From Candidatus Uhrbacteria bacterium (GTDB lineage: Bacteria > Patescibacteriota > Patescibacteriia > 2-12-FULL-60-25): 64,000 nt of DNA. A program made the translations under genes and the position numbers. The stretch lies in NCBI GenBank assembly GCA_963816085.1, contig CAWFIX010000003.1, positions 487,167 to 551,166 of the forward strand, in the 5' to 3' direction. This document shows, piece by piece, positions 9,840 to 19,477 of this stretch (its first letter is position 1; the number at the start of each line of letters is the position of its first letter). A model generated the notes under the pieces. That model saw nothing but the letters and a program-made list of their open reading frames with translations. It ran no database searches and was not told the DNA's origin.

Positions 9840-11103
9840 ATTTTTTTGAATTATTAATAAAGAATATAATAAACACTGTTTCAAAGAACCTTACAAACAC
9901 TTTTGCTAAAACGGCACCTAATAAGCCAAAATACACCACACCCACAAAAACAGATAGTATTTGAACAATTGCTACTATACTGTTCCACCAATATAATTTT
10001 TTTGTTTTCATTTGCGCTTGCAATGCGGTGATTGGTAATATGTTTACTATAGTGATTAAGGAGATCGCTAAAATTTGAGTGTACATCACCGACTCTGAAT
10101 AAGCCGGGAATAGAACAGCATATAAATAAGGCGCGGCAATAATATATATAAGACAGATAAAAAACACAACCAAGCCAAATTTAAACATTTTTTTGTAGAG
10201 TGCGCCGGCCGGTATATCTTGTTTTTGCTCCGCGAATTTGGGGAAGGCTAATGGATTAATCATTTTAAAAACAGCCTTTAATTGCTCTGTCGGTGCCAAG
10301 GCTATATTGTAAATAGCCATATTAACAGCACCTAAAAAGTGAAAAACCAATATTTGATCGATCAGAGCCGCACCCATATTTAAAACATTTAAGGCGCTAA
10401 GATGTTTGCCATATTTAACTACATCGGGGTCTTGTTCTTTGTTTAAGTTGATTTTTTTCTTAGTAAGATACAACCATAATCTTTGCAACCAAGAATTAAC
10501 GAATAGATAGGGTATAATTAAAATCCAAACTTGTTGAGTCAATAAAATAACCGGCAACACAAGTATAAAGTTTGTAATTTGGGTAAATATGTTGTACTTA
10601 ACCAATAGATCAAATCTTTTTTTGCCTTGAAGTATTGCATTATATAGATTATAAACATTAAAAAAAGGAATAAATATACAAACTATAAAAAAAGAATTCG
10701 CTAAAATTAAATTATTATTCCACAGATAATATAGCGCCAAAAATAACGTAACCACCCCCCCGATCATTCCCCATTTTATTTCAGTCCTGATAACCAAACC
10801 TAAAGAACCATCTTTATTCTGCGCTGAAGATCTGGCCATGGCCGTGCCCATGCCGGATAATGTAAACAAAGATAATACGCTTATTATTGAAATGACATAC
10901 TTATATGTACCATAAGTTTCTTTGGGCAAGAAGTTTGCGAAGATCAAAGATAATATTATCGTAATAGGAATGGTTACGATCTTATCTAAAAACAACAGGC
11001 TGCCGCCCTTAGCCAGATAGACCATGTCAGTCTTGGTGTATTTTTCAGAATGACGCAGCAAATCGAATACATTGGATTTAATTTTTTTTAACATGATGGA
11101 CAA
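9820..11103 (-). CDS. Wzx-like oligosaccharide flippase (MOP superfamily polysaccharide biosynthesis protein)
   Basis: 427 aa, about 12 hydrophobic helices, located inside a glycan cluster. Confidence 0.75.
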   Translation of the reverse strand: MSIMLKKIKSNVFDLLRHSEKYTKTDMVYLAKGGSLLFLDKIVTIPITIILSLIFANFLPKETYGTYKYVISIISVLSLFTLSGMGTAMARSSAQNKDGSLGLVIRTEIKWGMIGGVVTLFLALYYLWNNNLILANSFFIVCIFIPFFNVYNLYNAILQGKKRFDLLVKYNIFTQITNFILVLPVILLTQQVWILIIPYLFVNSWLQRLWLYLTKKKINLNKEQDPDVVKYGKHLSALNVLNMGAALIDQILVFHFLGAVNMAIYNIALAPTEQLKAVFKMINPLAFPKFAEQKQDIPAGALYKKMFKFGLVVFFICLIYIIAAPYLYAVLFPAYSESVMYTQILAISLITIVNILPITALQAQMKTKKLYWWNSIVAIVQILSVFVGVVYFGLLGAVLAKVFVRFFETVFIIFFINNSKKYENSRP

Positions 11104-11107
11104 GTGT

Positions 11108-11938
11108 TTATTGTTTATTGGATTTTTTATAATTTGAGCGTTGAAAAATGCTGATGCACGACAAAGATTTGCAGATCAAGTTTATATTATTCGACCATTT
11201 TATTAACTCTAAATTTAACGGCAGTCTTTTTTCTCTGTGAAATATAATATTTCTCGCAACCTTATATATCCCACCCAATGTACTGCGTACAACAAAATAA
11301 AACAAATGCAACCAACTTTTGAAAGTTACATCTTTAAATTTTTCCAACTGAATTTTTAAATAATAATCATACTTACTGCGCAACTTGTGAACATCACTTT
11401 CATGAGGCACTAAAAGATAACCCACTAGCCATCCCTTTTCCTCATATGGCAAAACATCAATCCTTTCGTGAACTTTTTTAATAAAAAATTTTACATGTTG
11501 CCTATGGAAAAATCTAACTTGATAGTTTGGATAAGTTGAAGCCCAATCTATCATCTCACCATTTAAAATATATTTACGAGGCACATTAAAAACGAAAAAT
11601 CTATTCTCTTCATCGTTAATAATATTGCAGATTTCATTTTTAAGCTCATTCGAAATAAACTCGTCTGAATCCAAATACAAAAACCAATCGTTTCCAGCAG
11701 CTTTCAACATTTGATTTCTGACACCTGAAAAATCAGCAATGCGGTTATCGGGATATTTAAATTCTTGATTTTGAACGATAATATTACAGTTATACATCTT
11801 GGCTATTTCCAAAGTTCTATCAGTGCTCCCCCCATCGCAAATAATTATTTCCTCAAAATTCTTAACTGAATCCATCGCTTTTTCCAGCGTATTTTCGTTA
11901 TTAAAGGTTAAAATACCTACCGAACAAGGTATCTTCAT
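11108..11938 (-). CDS. GT2 glycosyltransferase
   Basis: 'VGILTFNNENTLEKAMDSV', 'IIICDGGSTDRT', 'LYLDSDEF'. ATGA start/stop overlap with the 11935 gene if the Met at 11938 is used. Confidence 0.8.
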   Translation of the reverse strand: MKIPCSVGILTFNNENTLEKAMDSVKNFEEIIICDGGSTDRTLEIAKMYNCNIIVQNQEFKYPDNRIADFSGVRNQMLKAAGNDWFLYLDSDEFISNELKNEICNIINDEENRFFVFNVPRKYILNGEMIDWASTYPNYQVRFFHRQHVKFFIKKVHERIDVLPYEEKGWLVGYLLVPHESDVHKLRSKYDYYLKIQLEKFKDVTFKSWLHLFYFVVRSTLGGIYKVARNIIFHREKRLPLNLELIKWSNNINLICKSLSCISIFQRSNYKKSNKQ

Positions 11939-12564
11939 ATTTTTTCCAAAACCATTAACCAATGCGCGGGATCATCAGTATGAATTATATCTTTAGTTAT
12001 AATTAAACCCGTTTTAGCTATATCCGTTCTTATTTTATTTTGCGAATACCCTTTTTTACCGCTTTCCCAATAGTGTTCCCCGTTAAATTTATGTTCCTTC
12101 CAGAAAAATGGGATTTTCGTGAATATAACAAAGCGTTTCAAAATGGGTAATTTTACATCTAAACGCAATACAGCGCCTGCGTTTGGTAACCCCAATACAA
12201 TAAATTTCCTCGAAACCCGTTTCAACTCTTTAAGCGCAGGCATAAAATTATCATAAGGTAAGTGCTCTAGAACCTCTGAACACAAGGCCACATCAAATTC
12301 CGAATCCGTAAAAGGCAATTCAGTCACCCCAGCTAAAAAATCCGGCCTAAGATTTGGATCAATATCTACAGTGATTACTTCAATTCCGGCTTTTTTTAGC
12401 ATGTCCGTAACCGTTTTATTTCCGGGGCCGATTTCTAAAACTTTTTTCGCTCCTGTTTGTAATACAAAATTTATCTGATACCAAAAATTCATCCACGTTT
12501 CATTATTGTTGTAATTACTAATATCGTAGTGTTTTTTTTCGACTTGGGGTTTAGCGATGGCCAT
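11935..12564 (-). CDS. Class I SAM-dependent methyltransferase (type 11-like)
   Basis: 'VLEIGPGNKT' and 'LPFTDSEFDVALCSEVLEHLPYDNFMPALKELKRVSRKFIV'. Confidence 0.85.
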   Translation of the reverse strand: MAIAKPQVEKKHYDISNYNNNETWMNFWYQINFVLQTGAKKVLEIGPGNKTVTDMLKKAGIEVITVDIDPNLRPDFLAGVTELPFTDSEFDVALCSEVLEHLPYDNFMPALKELKRVSRKFIVLGLPNAGAVLRLDVKLPILKRFVIFTKIPFFWKEHKFNGEHYWESGKKGYSQNKIRTDIAKTGLIITKDIIHTDDPAHWLMVLEKI

Positions 12565-12565
12565 A

Positions 12566-13204
12566 TTATTGCGTTACTTCTCTTTGAACGCCATCAATTT
12601 TTACCAAAACAGTGTTCACCGGTTCACCTATTTTTTCAGCAACATAAAACACCTGCCATGATAGAGCGGGAAAATTTTTTACTCTGATTTGTATGTTAAT
12701 TTTAGGAAAATGCATATAATAACCTTCGACTTTATCCAGAAAAAAGCCGTTCTTTTTTAACAATCTTTGCATGTCGAGAAAAGTCCAATTTTGTAGATGT
12801 TCGCCAGGATCGGGGTCATTAATCAGGTTGCGAAAAAACCAATTATGTAATGTCGTCCACCAATCATTTGCTTGCGGAGTGGATAGTATGAGTTTGCCAT
12901 TATTTATTAATACACGATTCACTTCTCTTAAAAAATGCGATGGATTTTCAACGTGCTCAATGACATCACCGGCGATAACTACATCAAAACAAGCGTTCTG
13001 AAAAGGCATGTTACTGTTATTCAAATTACAGACAACTGTCTTTGAATAATTTGAAGGGACATTGGAAGGCTCTGCAATATCCAGACCAACGGCGTTTTTA
13101 AGAAATGAATTTGGATTGGCTGCATATCCTATATCTAAAATCCTATCTGTATTTTTACAAAAACCGGCTTGAATTTTTAACTTTCTATTTTTTTTATTAT
13201 TCAT
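12566..13204 (-). CDS. Class I SAM-dependent methyltransferase
   Basis: 'ILDIGYAANPN' and 'FDVVIAGDVIEHVENPSHFLREVNRVLINNGKLIL'. Confidence 0.8.
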   Translation of the reverse strand: MNNKKNRKLKIQAGFCKNTDRILDIGYAANPNSFLKNAVGLDIAEPSNVPSNYSKTVVCNLNNSNMPFQNACFDVVIAGDVIEHVENPSHFLREVNRVLINNGKLILSTPQANDWWTTLHNWFFRNLINDPDPGEHLQNWTFLDMQRLLKKNGFFLDKVEGYYMHFPKINIQIRVKNFPALSWQVFYVAEKIGEPVNTVLVKIDGVQREVTQ

Positions 13205-13220
13205 ACGGTATTAAAAATTC

Positions 13221-14243
13221 TCATAACAATCCTCTCCGCTGTTTTTCCGTCCCAAAGAGGAATAGTAATCTGTTTTTTATTCTATCCATCTTCTTATATG
13301 CATCAAGGATCGTGTCTTTTGTAATACCACCAATTACATTTGTACCTTGTGTTACTGTTATGGGTCTTTCCGTTTCAGTTCTGAGCGTTATGCACGGAGT
13401 TCCAAGGTAGGAAGTTTCTTCCTGCACTCCTCCGGAATCGGTTAAAACCAATTTAGCATTTTTTTGATAGTAAACAGCATCTTTATAGTTTAATGGAGGT
13501 AAAATTTTAAAAACCTTATTTAACCTATCCATCATACCAAACTTTTCAGCCATCTTTTGCGTTCTTGGGTGTAGCGGTAAATATATGGGCGCATCTTGCG
13601 AAATAATTTCCAGTGCATCTAAAATTTCATTAAAAACTTCTTCGTTATCGATGTTTTCCGCCCGATGCAAAGTTGAAAAATAGAATTCCTCATGAGACTC
13701 CGGAACTTGCTCGGCAAATTTTGCCAGTGTGTCTATCATGATATTGCCCACAAGGTGAACATTTTCTGTTATACCTTCGTTGGCCAAATGCTCTATCCCC
13801 TCTTCCATGGTTACAAAAAGCATGTCAGAAATTCGATCTGTTAAAATGCGGTTATGTTCCTCGGGCATTAAGCGGTTAAAGGATCTTAAGCCCGCTTCTA
13901 CGTGCGCGAGTTTGATGCCCATCTTATTAGCCACCATAGCTCCAACCAATGTGGAATTTACATCACCCACAACCATTACCAGATCCGGCTTTTCTTGCAA
14001 AAAGATTTCTTCCAAGCCCAAAGCGATATCCGCAATTTGCTTTATGACAGATTCTCTTCTTGGGCTTAAGTGGTGTGTGGGTTTTATCTCGAATTCATCA
14101 AAAAAATCCTGCGACATGTTTTTATCAAAATGTTGCCCTGTGTTTATCAATATATAATCAATGCCCCGCTTTTCAAATTCATGGCACAATGGCGCCACTT
14201 TCATAAAATTCGGACGCGCACCGCAGATTAATGCAATTTTCAT
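13221..14243 (-). CDS. wecB: UDP-N-acetylglucosamine 2-epimerase (non-hydrolysing)
   Basis: 'ICGARPNFMKVAPL', 'NTGQHFD', 'GDVNSTLVGAMVA', 'HVEAGLRSFNRLMPEEHNR', 'TDSGGVQEETSYLGTPCITLR'. Confidence 0.92.
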   Translation of the reverse strand: MKIALICGARPNFMKVAPLCHEFEKRGIDYILINTGQHFDKNMSQDFFDEFEIKPTHHLSPRRESVIKQIADIALGLEEIFLQEKPDLVMVVGDVNSTLVGAMVANKMGIKLAHVEAGLRSFNRLMPEEHNRILTDRISDMLFVTMEEGIEHLANEGITENVHLVGNIMIDTLAKFAEQVPESHEEFYFSTLHRAENIDNEEVFNEILDALEIISQDAPIYLPLHPRTQKMAEKFGMMDRLNKVFKILPPLNYKDAVYYQKNAKLVLTDSGGVQEETSYLGTPCITLRTETERPITVTQGTNVIGGITKDTILDAYKKMDRIKNRLLFLFGTEKQRRGLL

Positions 14244-14245
14244 AA

Positions 14246-16552
14246 TTAGTTACCGGGTTTTATGTATTTATTCATATTGGCAATTAAAGCCGGCAGACTG
14301 TGCTTTGCCTTAATTATATCTCTTAAGTATTCAATATCATAATCTTTCCACTTTTCAGCAAGTATGAAATCCGCCATTTCCTTGGGATCGTCATTTTGGA
14401 TGGATACTGGCAAGCCGATAGCATTTGAGTTGCCTTTTGTGGTAATGGGGTAAATACCGAACAACATTGCCTCTACCATGGTTTTATCAATTGTCTCTGA
14501 GGCCATGTTGACCATCAATCTGTGCTTAGGATAGACCTGTTTAAGCTGGTGCATGGGGACCGGACCCATGAATTTAACACGCGATTCCAGCGATTCTTTT
14601 GCAACCAGCGCCTTAAGTTCTTCCACATATTCTTTCTCAACATCTCTACCGTAAATTGTTAAGTTGTATTTTTCCGGTAAATGTTTTAATGCTAAAATTC
14701 CCAATTCAAGGCGCTTGGATCTGCATAGGCGATGGACGGTTAGTAAATTATATTTTGTTTCATCGTCTGAACCGCGGATCGTTTCTGCCTCTTGCAGCCA
14801 AAAATCCAAATCGATTCCGTGCCCCAAAACAACTTTCTTGGTTCTCCCCTCATATTGTGGGAGACTTTGTTTTGTTGCAGCGAACATTCTCCGGCAAAGC
14901 AACCCCGACAGGAAAACATGTACATGCATGACGTAATGAGTAAACCAAAGATATATCGGGATTCTCCTTAGTGCCCAATACCACCCACCCAAAGTCACAT
15001 ACTCGGTATTCATGTGAACAAAAACTCTGTTGTATTTTAATGAAATTATTATTTTATAAAATTCAAAAATTCTCCGAATTTTGCCGTAACCCTTTTCTTT
15101 GCCCAGGGAATGAACCGGGAAAGAACCATCAAAAGCCCCCTTCTCCAAACAAATGACTTCGACATCGACTCCTTGCCTAATAAACTCTTTTATCCAAAGA
15201 ATGGTAAAAGCTAAATCATCATCATCTTGATTGATCTTTTGCGTTAAAAAAAGCATTTTAACTTTTTCTTCTGAATTTTGTTGATTTATCATAGATTGTT
15301 TTTCTTCATCGAATCGATTCTCGTGAGCACCCTCACTAAACTTCCAAAAATCTTCATCTTCCTTTTTTTTAGCGGATAGCTGATGGCTGATGGCGGATAG
15401 CAGGAAAACCTTCATGCTCGCTTCGCTCGCGAACATCGAACTTCGAACAACGAACAACGATTTTCCCAAAACAGATACCATTGCATTAGCTAGAGCGACT
15501 ACATCGCCGACGGGGACGATGATGCCGTTTTCGCTGTTTTTGACGACTTCCTCGGCACAGCCGACATCTGTCATTATAACAGGCGTGCTGCAGGCAAGCG
15601 ACTCAACGGCAGTCATGCCAAAGCCTTCGCGATCCGAGGTGATTAGTGTGGCGATAGCGTTGCGATAGAGTTCGGCGAGATCGTTTGTCCAGGGGATTAT
15701 TTCCACTCTGCTATGCAAATCAAAATCAGCGATCCATCTTTTAACTTGATCCTCGAGCGGGCCTGCGCCAACGATTTTTAGGTTAACATCAGGGTTTTGC
15801 TTGGCAAAGATGCTGAAGGCGTGGATTGCGAGGTCGATGCGCTTGATGGGGACGAAGCGGCAGACGACTAAAAAGTATTTTGTATTTTGTATCTCGTATC
15901 TCGCTGATCCCTGAGCGTCGTCCGTCACTGTCCACTGATCACTGTTCACTGCCCCCTGTTCACTGTTCACTAAGTTACTCTTTGCAGTTTGCAGTTTGAA
16001 GTTTTCATTTAGCACGACCGGAAAGCGGACGATTCGCTCCCTCGGCACGCCAAGCTTGATAAGTGCTTCTTCAGTTCTTTGGCTGACGACGCGGATTGCA
16101 TCCGCGCGGGTGACGATGAAGCGAGCAAAGAGATAGCGGAATTGGTTGAGCCAGGATTCTTGGCGGTAATAGTTACCGTGGAAGTGATAGCCGTGGTCTT
16201 GGATAGCGAGTGCTGAGTTTAAGAACTTTGACGCTAAATAGGCGACCAAGCCTGTCTCTGTAGGGTCTTGGGATGTGATGACTGCAAATTTTTGTTTGCG
16301 CAATTTCCAAACGATTCTTAGCGCATCGGTAACGTAAAAAAACTTGTTCCACGAGTTGGTGGAGATGACGCGCAAATTCGGCGTTATTCGCTCGTCAAAC
16401 TTTTGCTTGGCAAAGACGATGATCGTGGATTCAAAGCCCGCCTCTTCGAGTTGTTTGGCAATCCTTCCCCTCGCCGGGTGCCCATCTTGAAAAAGGCCTT
16501 TCTCGAGGCCGATTACCAACAATGGTTTGCGCTTTTCATTTTGATCGGGCAT
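14246..16552 (-). CDS. Tandem double GT4 glycosyltransferase (one ORF; could be two genes, second Met at 15256)
   Basis: First GT-B unit has 'SDREGFGMTAVESLACSTPVIMTDVGCAEEVV'. The second starts 'MLFLTQKINQDDDDLAFTILWIKEF'. Heptad-repeat-coded linkers lie at 15371-15460 and 15875-15971. Confidence 0.75.
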   Translation of the reverse strand: MPDQNEKRKPLLVIGLEKGLFQDGHPARGRIAKQLEEAGFESTIIVFAKQKFDERITPNLRVISTNSWNKFFYVTDALRIVWKLRKQKFAVITSQDPTETGLVAYLASKFLNSALAIQDHGYHFHGNYYRQESWLNQFRYLFARFIVTRADAIRVVSQRTEEALIKLGVPRERIVRFPVVLNENFKLQTAKSNLVNSEQGAVNSDQWTVTDDAQGSARYEIQNTKYFLVVCRFVPIKRIDLAIHAFSIFAKQNPDVNLKIVGAGPLEDQVKRWIADFDLHSRVEIIPWTNDLAELYRNAIATLITSDREGFGMTAVESLACSTPVIMTDVGCAEEVVKNSENGIIVPVGDVVALANAMVSVLGKSLFVVRSSMFASEASMKVFLLSAISHQLSAKKKEDEDFWKFSEGAHENRFDEEKQSMINQQNSEEKVKMLFLTQKINQDDDDLAFTILWIKEFIRQGVDVEVICLEKGAFDGSFPVHSLGKEKGYGKIRRIFEFYKIIISLKYNRVFVHMNTEYVTLGGWYWALRRIPIYLWFTHYVMHVHVFLSGLLCRRMFAATKQSLPQYEGRTKKVVLGHGIDLDFWLQEAETIRGSDDETKYNLLTVHRLCRSKRLELGILALKHLPEKYNLTIYGRDVEKEYVEELKALVAKESLESRVKFMGPVPMHQLKQVYPKHRLMVNMASETIDKTMVEAMLFGIYPITTKGNSNAIGLPVSIQNDDPKEMADFILAEKWKDYDIEYLRDIIKAKHSLPALIANMNKYIKPGN
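15371..15460. repeat. Two adjacent heptad tracts (GATAGCn and GAACnTC units) inside the double-GT4 ORF
   Basis: agcggatagctgatggctgatggcggatagc and gaacatcgaacttcgaacaacgaacaacga. Translated as SLFVVRSSMFAS...LLSAISHQLSA. Confidence 0.85.
15875..15971. repeat. Heptad tracts (GTATnTT/GTATCTC and nnCACTG units) inside the double-GT4 ORF
   Basis: gtattttgtattttgtatctcgtatctcg and cgtcactgtccactgatcactgttcactgccccctgttcactgttcact. They lie in the linker between the two Rossmann halves of the first GT. Confidence 0.85.
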
Positions 16553-16729
16553 GGGATGAAAGATAAGATAAATATGACACACCGGTATCGAGATCTTACA
16601 TTAGATTATAGTAAAAGTCGCCCTTTTGTCCACAAAAATGCAATTTCAACTTTATTTGGAGATTATTGCCGAAAAATAGCCATTTTTGCTTGTAAATTAC
16701 GCTATAACCTGATAATCTTGGTTGGTCTT

Positions 16730-17872
16730 ATGATGAAAAAGATTTTAATGTGTACAGGGATCTTTCCTCCGGATATTGGCGGGCCGGCAACGATGCTTGG
16801 TGCCTTGGCACACGAGTTGGAGCAAGCGGGATTCCAAATCAAAATATTAACTTATTCCGAAAAAGCCGGATCTGAAAAAAATATTATCCGTGTTAGAAAA
16901 AATGGAGTTTTTGGTAAAGCGGTGTATTTTTTACGGATGTTTTTTTTATCTTTTTGGAGTGACGTTTTTTATGTTACGGAAACATACAGCGTTGGTTATT
17001 TTGCATACATTATAAAAAAAATCACCGGTCGAAAATATATTATTCGTTTTGCCGGCGATAGCGCCTGGGAGACTGCCGTAGCCAACGCGTGGACTCAAGA
17101 TTATATTGTGGACTTTCAACATAAAACATATGATGGAAAAATTGAGACCATGAAAAAAAGGCGGAATTTGATTTTGCATAACGCCGATAGAATAATAACT
17201 GTCAGCAATTTTTTAGCGGATTTGTTGACGCAAATGGGCGTAAAAAGGGATGTTATCAAAGTAATTTATAATTCCGTTGAATTTATAAATGATACGGGCC
17301 GTGATCTGAATGAATGCAAAAATAGCGGCAACGGCGATAAAATCATAACCACGATTTGCCGGCTGACTCCTTGGAAGGGGGTGGATGGTATCATTAAAAT
17401 CATACCGTCTATTATAAAAGAATGCGGAGAAGTGAAATTTTTGATACTCGGTGACGGGCCAGAGATGGATCGCCTAAAGAATCTGGCAAAAGAAATGCAG
17501 GTCGAAGACAAAGTTATTTTTTTGGGCAGAGTTAAGCACCAAGATGCCATGCAATGCCTTAAAAATTCGCATTTATTCGTTTTGAATACAAATTACGAAG
17601 GGTTATCTCATGCAATACTCGAGGCAATGCATGCTGACATCCCCGTTGTCTCAACCAATGTTGGCGGAAATCCCGAAACAATCGAGGATGCGAAGGAGGG
17701 CTTGCTCGTGGAGTATAATAACGGGGGACAACTAAAAGATGCCATCGTCAAAATATTATCAAACCCCGAGCTGGCGCAAACCTACACGGAAAATGCCAAG
17801 TCCAAATTACAAAAATTCAACTGGGGCGATAATGTGAAAGAAACGATTAATGTTATTAATGAAATATTATGA
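16730..17872 (+). CDS. GT4-family glycosyltransferase
   Basis: Start at ATGATG 16730 ('MMKKILMCTGIFPPDIGGPATM'); 'NTNYEGLSHAILEAMHADIPVVSTNVGGNPETI'. The ORF upstream of 16730 is antisense overlap. Confidence 0.85.
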   Translation: MMKKILMCTGIFPPDIGGPATMLGALAHELEQAGFQIKILTYSEKAGSEKNIIRVRKNGVFGKAVYFLRMFFLSFWSDVFYVTETYSVGYFAYIIKKITGRKYIIRFAGDSAWETAVANAWTQDYIVDFQHKTYDGKIETMKKRRNLILHNADRIITVSNFLADLLTQMGVKRDVIKVIYNSVEFINDTGRDLNECKNSGNGDKIITTICRLTPWKGVDGIIKIIPSIIKECGEVKFLILGDGPEMDRLKNLAKEMQVEDKVIFLGRVKHQDAMQCLKNSHLFVLNTNYEGLSHAILEAMHADIPVVSTNVGGNPETIEDAKEGLLVEYNNGGQLKDAIVKILSNPELAQTYTENAKSKLQKFNWGDNVKETINVINEIL

Positions 17873-19347
17873 GCAAAGTATTATTGATAAATCCCCCGTT
17901 TAATATTGCCAAAGAGAATTACGACAGCTCAATCTCGGTTGGGCTGTTAAGCATTGCTACGGCGCTCGATGCTCATGGTATATCCGTACAAATTATCGAT
18001 GGAGTAAGGCAAAAGAATTACCTCGAGCTTATAAAAGCCAGTGCTCCGGATTGTGATTATTTGGGAATTTCGGTGATGACTACACAAATACCGGCCGCTT
18101 TGGCCATCAGTAAAATCGTAAAAGAGATTAACCCGGCATGTAAAACGGTTTGGGGCGGTCCGCATCCAACTTTTTTTACGGAAGAAACCGCCATACATCC
18201 CCTGGTGGATATTGTTTGCGTTGGCGAGGGCGAGATAACCCTTCAAGAAATTGCGGAAAATAAAAGTCTTTCCGAGGTATTGGGAATCGCTTATAAACAG
18301 GACGATGGCAGTGTAAAGGTTAACGATATCAGGCCGTTGCACGACCCAACAACAATGCCCTTATTCAATTGGGATCTTGTATCACAAGAGATCTTGGAAA
18401 ATCTTTACATCGTACCATCGCTCACATCCAGAGGTTGCCCTCACCGTTGCACGTTCTGTATTAATGCAATTACCAAAAACAAGTGGCGCACACGCACGGC
18501 CGAGCAAGTCCTAAAAGATTTGGAAATCATTCAGAGCAAACCTTATTTTAAAGGCAAACCTTTGCGGTTTTGGGACGAAAACTTTTTTGTTAACATTTTC
18601 AGAGCCAAAGAAATAATCAATGGCATGCTGGAAAGAGGTTTGTCCATGCCCTGGGAAACAACGGTGAGATGCAATTATTTAAGGCATGGCATGGTTGATG
18701 ATGAGTTTATGGCAAAACTCAAACAATCGGGCTGTTATCTTTTGTCATTCGGAGCTGAATCCGGTTGCCCAAGGATATTATCAAAGATTAAAAAAGATAT
18801 TTCTCCCGAAGATATAATCAATTCCGCCAAGATGAGTTTAAGGCACGGAATAATCCCGCAATTTTCATTTATGATTGGCCTGCCGGGTGAGGAAAAGCAC
18901 GAGATGATGGAGACGTTAAAGGTGATCGATAAATTGGTCAGCTTAAGCGACAAGGTGCAAATCTTAGGCCCTCAAGCTTTTCGCCCATATCCGGGCTCAC
19001 CCTTGTACAATGAATGCTTGGAAGCGGGCTGGAAGGCGCCAAACTCTTTGGAGGAATGGTCGCATTTAATTAAAAACGAGTTGAATTATTTAACGGTAAA
19101 AAACTTTCCCTGGGTAAAAGATAAAGATTTCGTTGAATCCATGGAAGCCTATGTCCGTTTTGGTGCGCACAGTATAAAAAGCGCCATGGGATCGAGTGTT
19201 AAAGCGCAAAAAATTATCAAGCTGGGATTTATTCTTCTGTGCAAATTAAGATGGAAACTAAAATTTTTCAATTGGCCTATTGAGTTTAAGTTAGCTAAGA
19301 AATTCGTAACAAGTAAAGAGAAACCCCAAGAGGAACAGCCGTGGTGA
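17869..19347 (+). CDS. B12-binding-domain radical SAM protein (class B-like)
   Basis: N-terminal B12-like Rossmann 'YLGISVMTTQIPAALAI...VWGGPHPT'. CxxxCxxC in 'LTSRGCPHRCTFCINAI'. ATGA overlap with the upstream GT4. Confidence 0.85.
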   Translation: MSKVLLINPPFNIAKENYDSSISVGLLSIATALDAHGISVQIIDGVRQKNYLELIKASAPDCDYLGISVMTTQIPAALAISKIVKEINPACKTVWGGPHPTFFTEETAIHPLVDIVCVGEGEITLQEIAENKSLSEVLGIAYKQDDGSVKVNDIRPLHDPTTMPLFNWDLVSQEILENLYIVPSLTSRGCPHRCTFCINAITKNKWRTRTAEQVLKDLEIIQSKPYFKGKPLRFWDENFFVNIFRAKEIINGMLERGLSMPWETTVRCNYLRHGMVDDEFMAKLKQSGCYLLSFGAESGCPRILSKIKKDISPEDIINSAKMSLRHGIIPQFSFMIGLPGEEKHEMMETLKVIDKLVSLSDKVQILGPQAFRPYPGSPLYNECLEAGWKAPNSLEEWSHLIKNELNYLTVKNFPWVKDKDFVESMEAYVRFGAHSIKSAMGSSVKAQKIIKLGFILLCKLRWKLKFFNWPIEFKLAKKFVTSKEKPQEEQPW

Positions 19348-19356
19348 TAAAGATAT

Positions 19357-19477
19357 TGTCTTGAACCAAGATTCACTCGATTATTTCGATTATCTTGATT
19401 ATTCATTATATTTCGGATGTCCGTATAAAATAATAATCATGTTAATCCTTTAATCAAGTGAATCAAGGTTCAAGACA
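19357..19477. repeat. Long mismatched inverted repeat built from 7-9 nt units (AATCAAG/CTTGATT family) between convergent genes
   Basis: Left arm is tgtcttgaaccaagattcactcgattatttcgattatcttgattatt. Right arm is aataatcatgttaatcctttaatcaagtgaatcaaggttcaagaca. The right end supplies the stop and last codons of the 19470 gene. Confidence 0.85.

Noticed and set aside
16403-16729. N-terminal 109 codons of ORF 16403..17872.
   Set aside because: They overlap the divergent double-GT4 gene start and have no GT4 similarity. The canonical GT4 N-terminus begins at the ATG at 16730.
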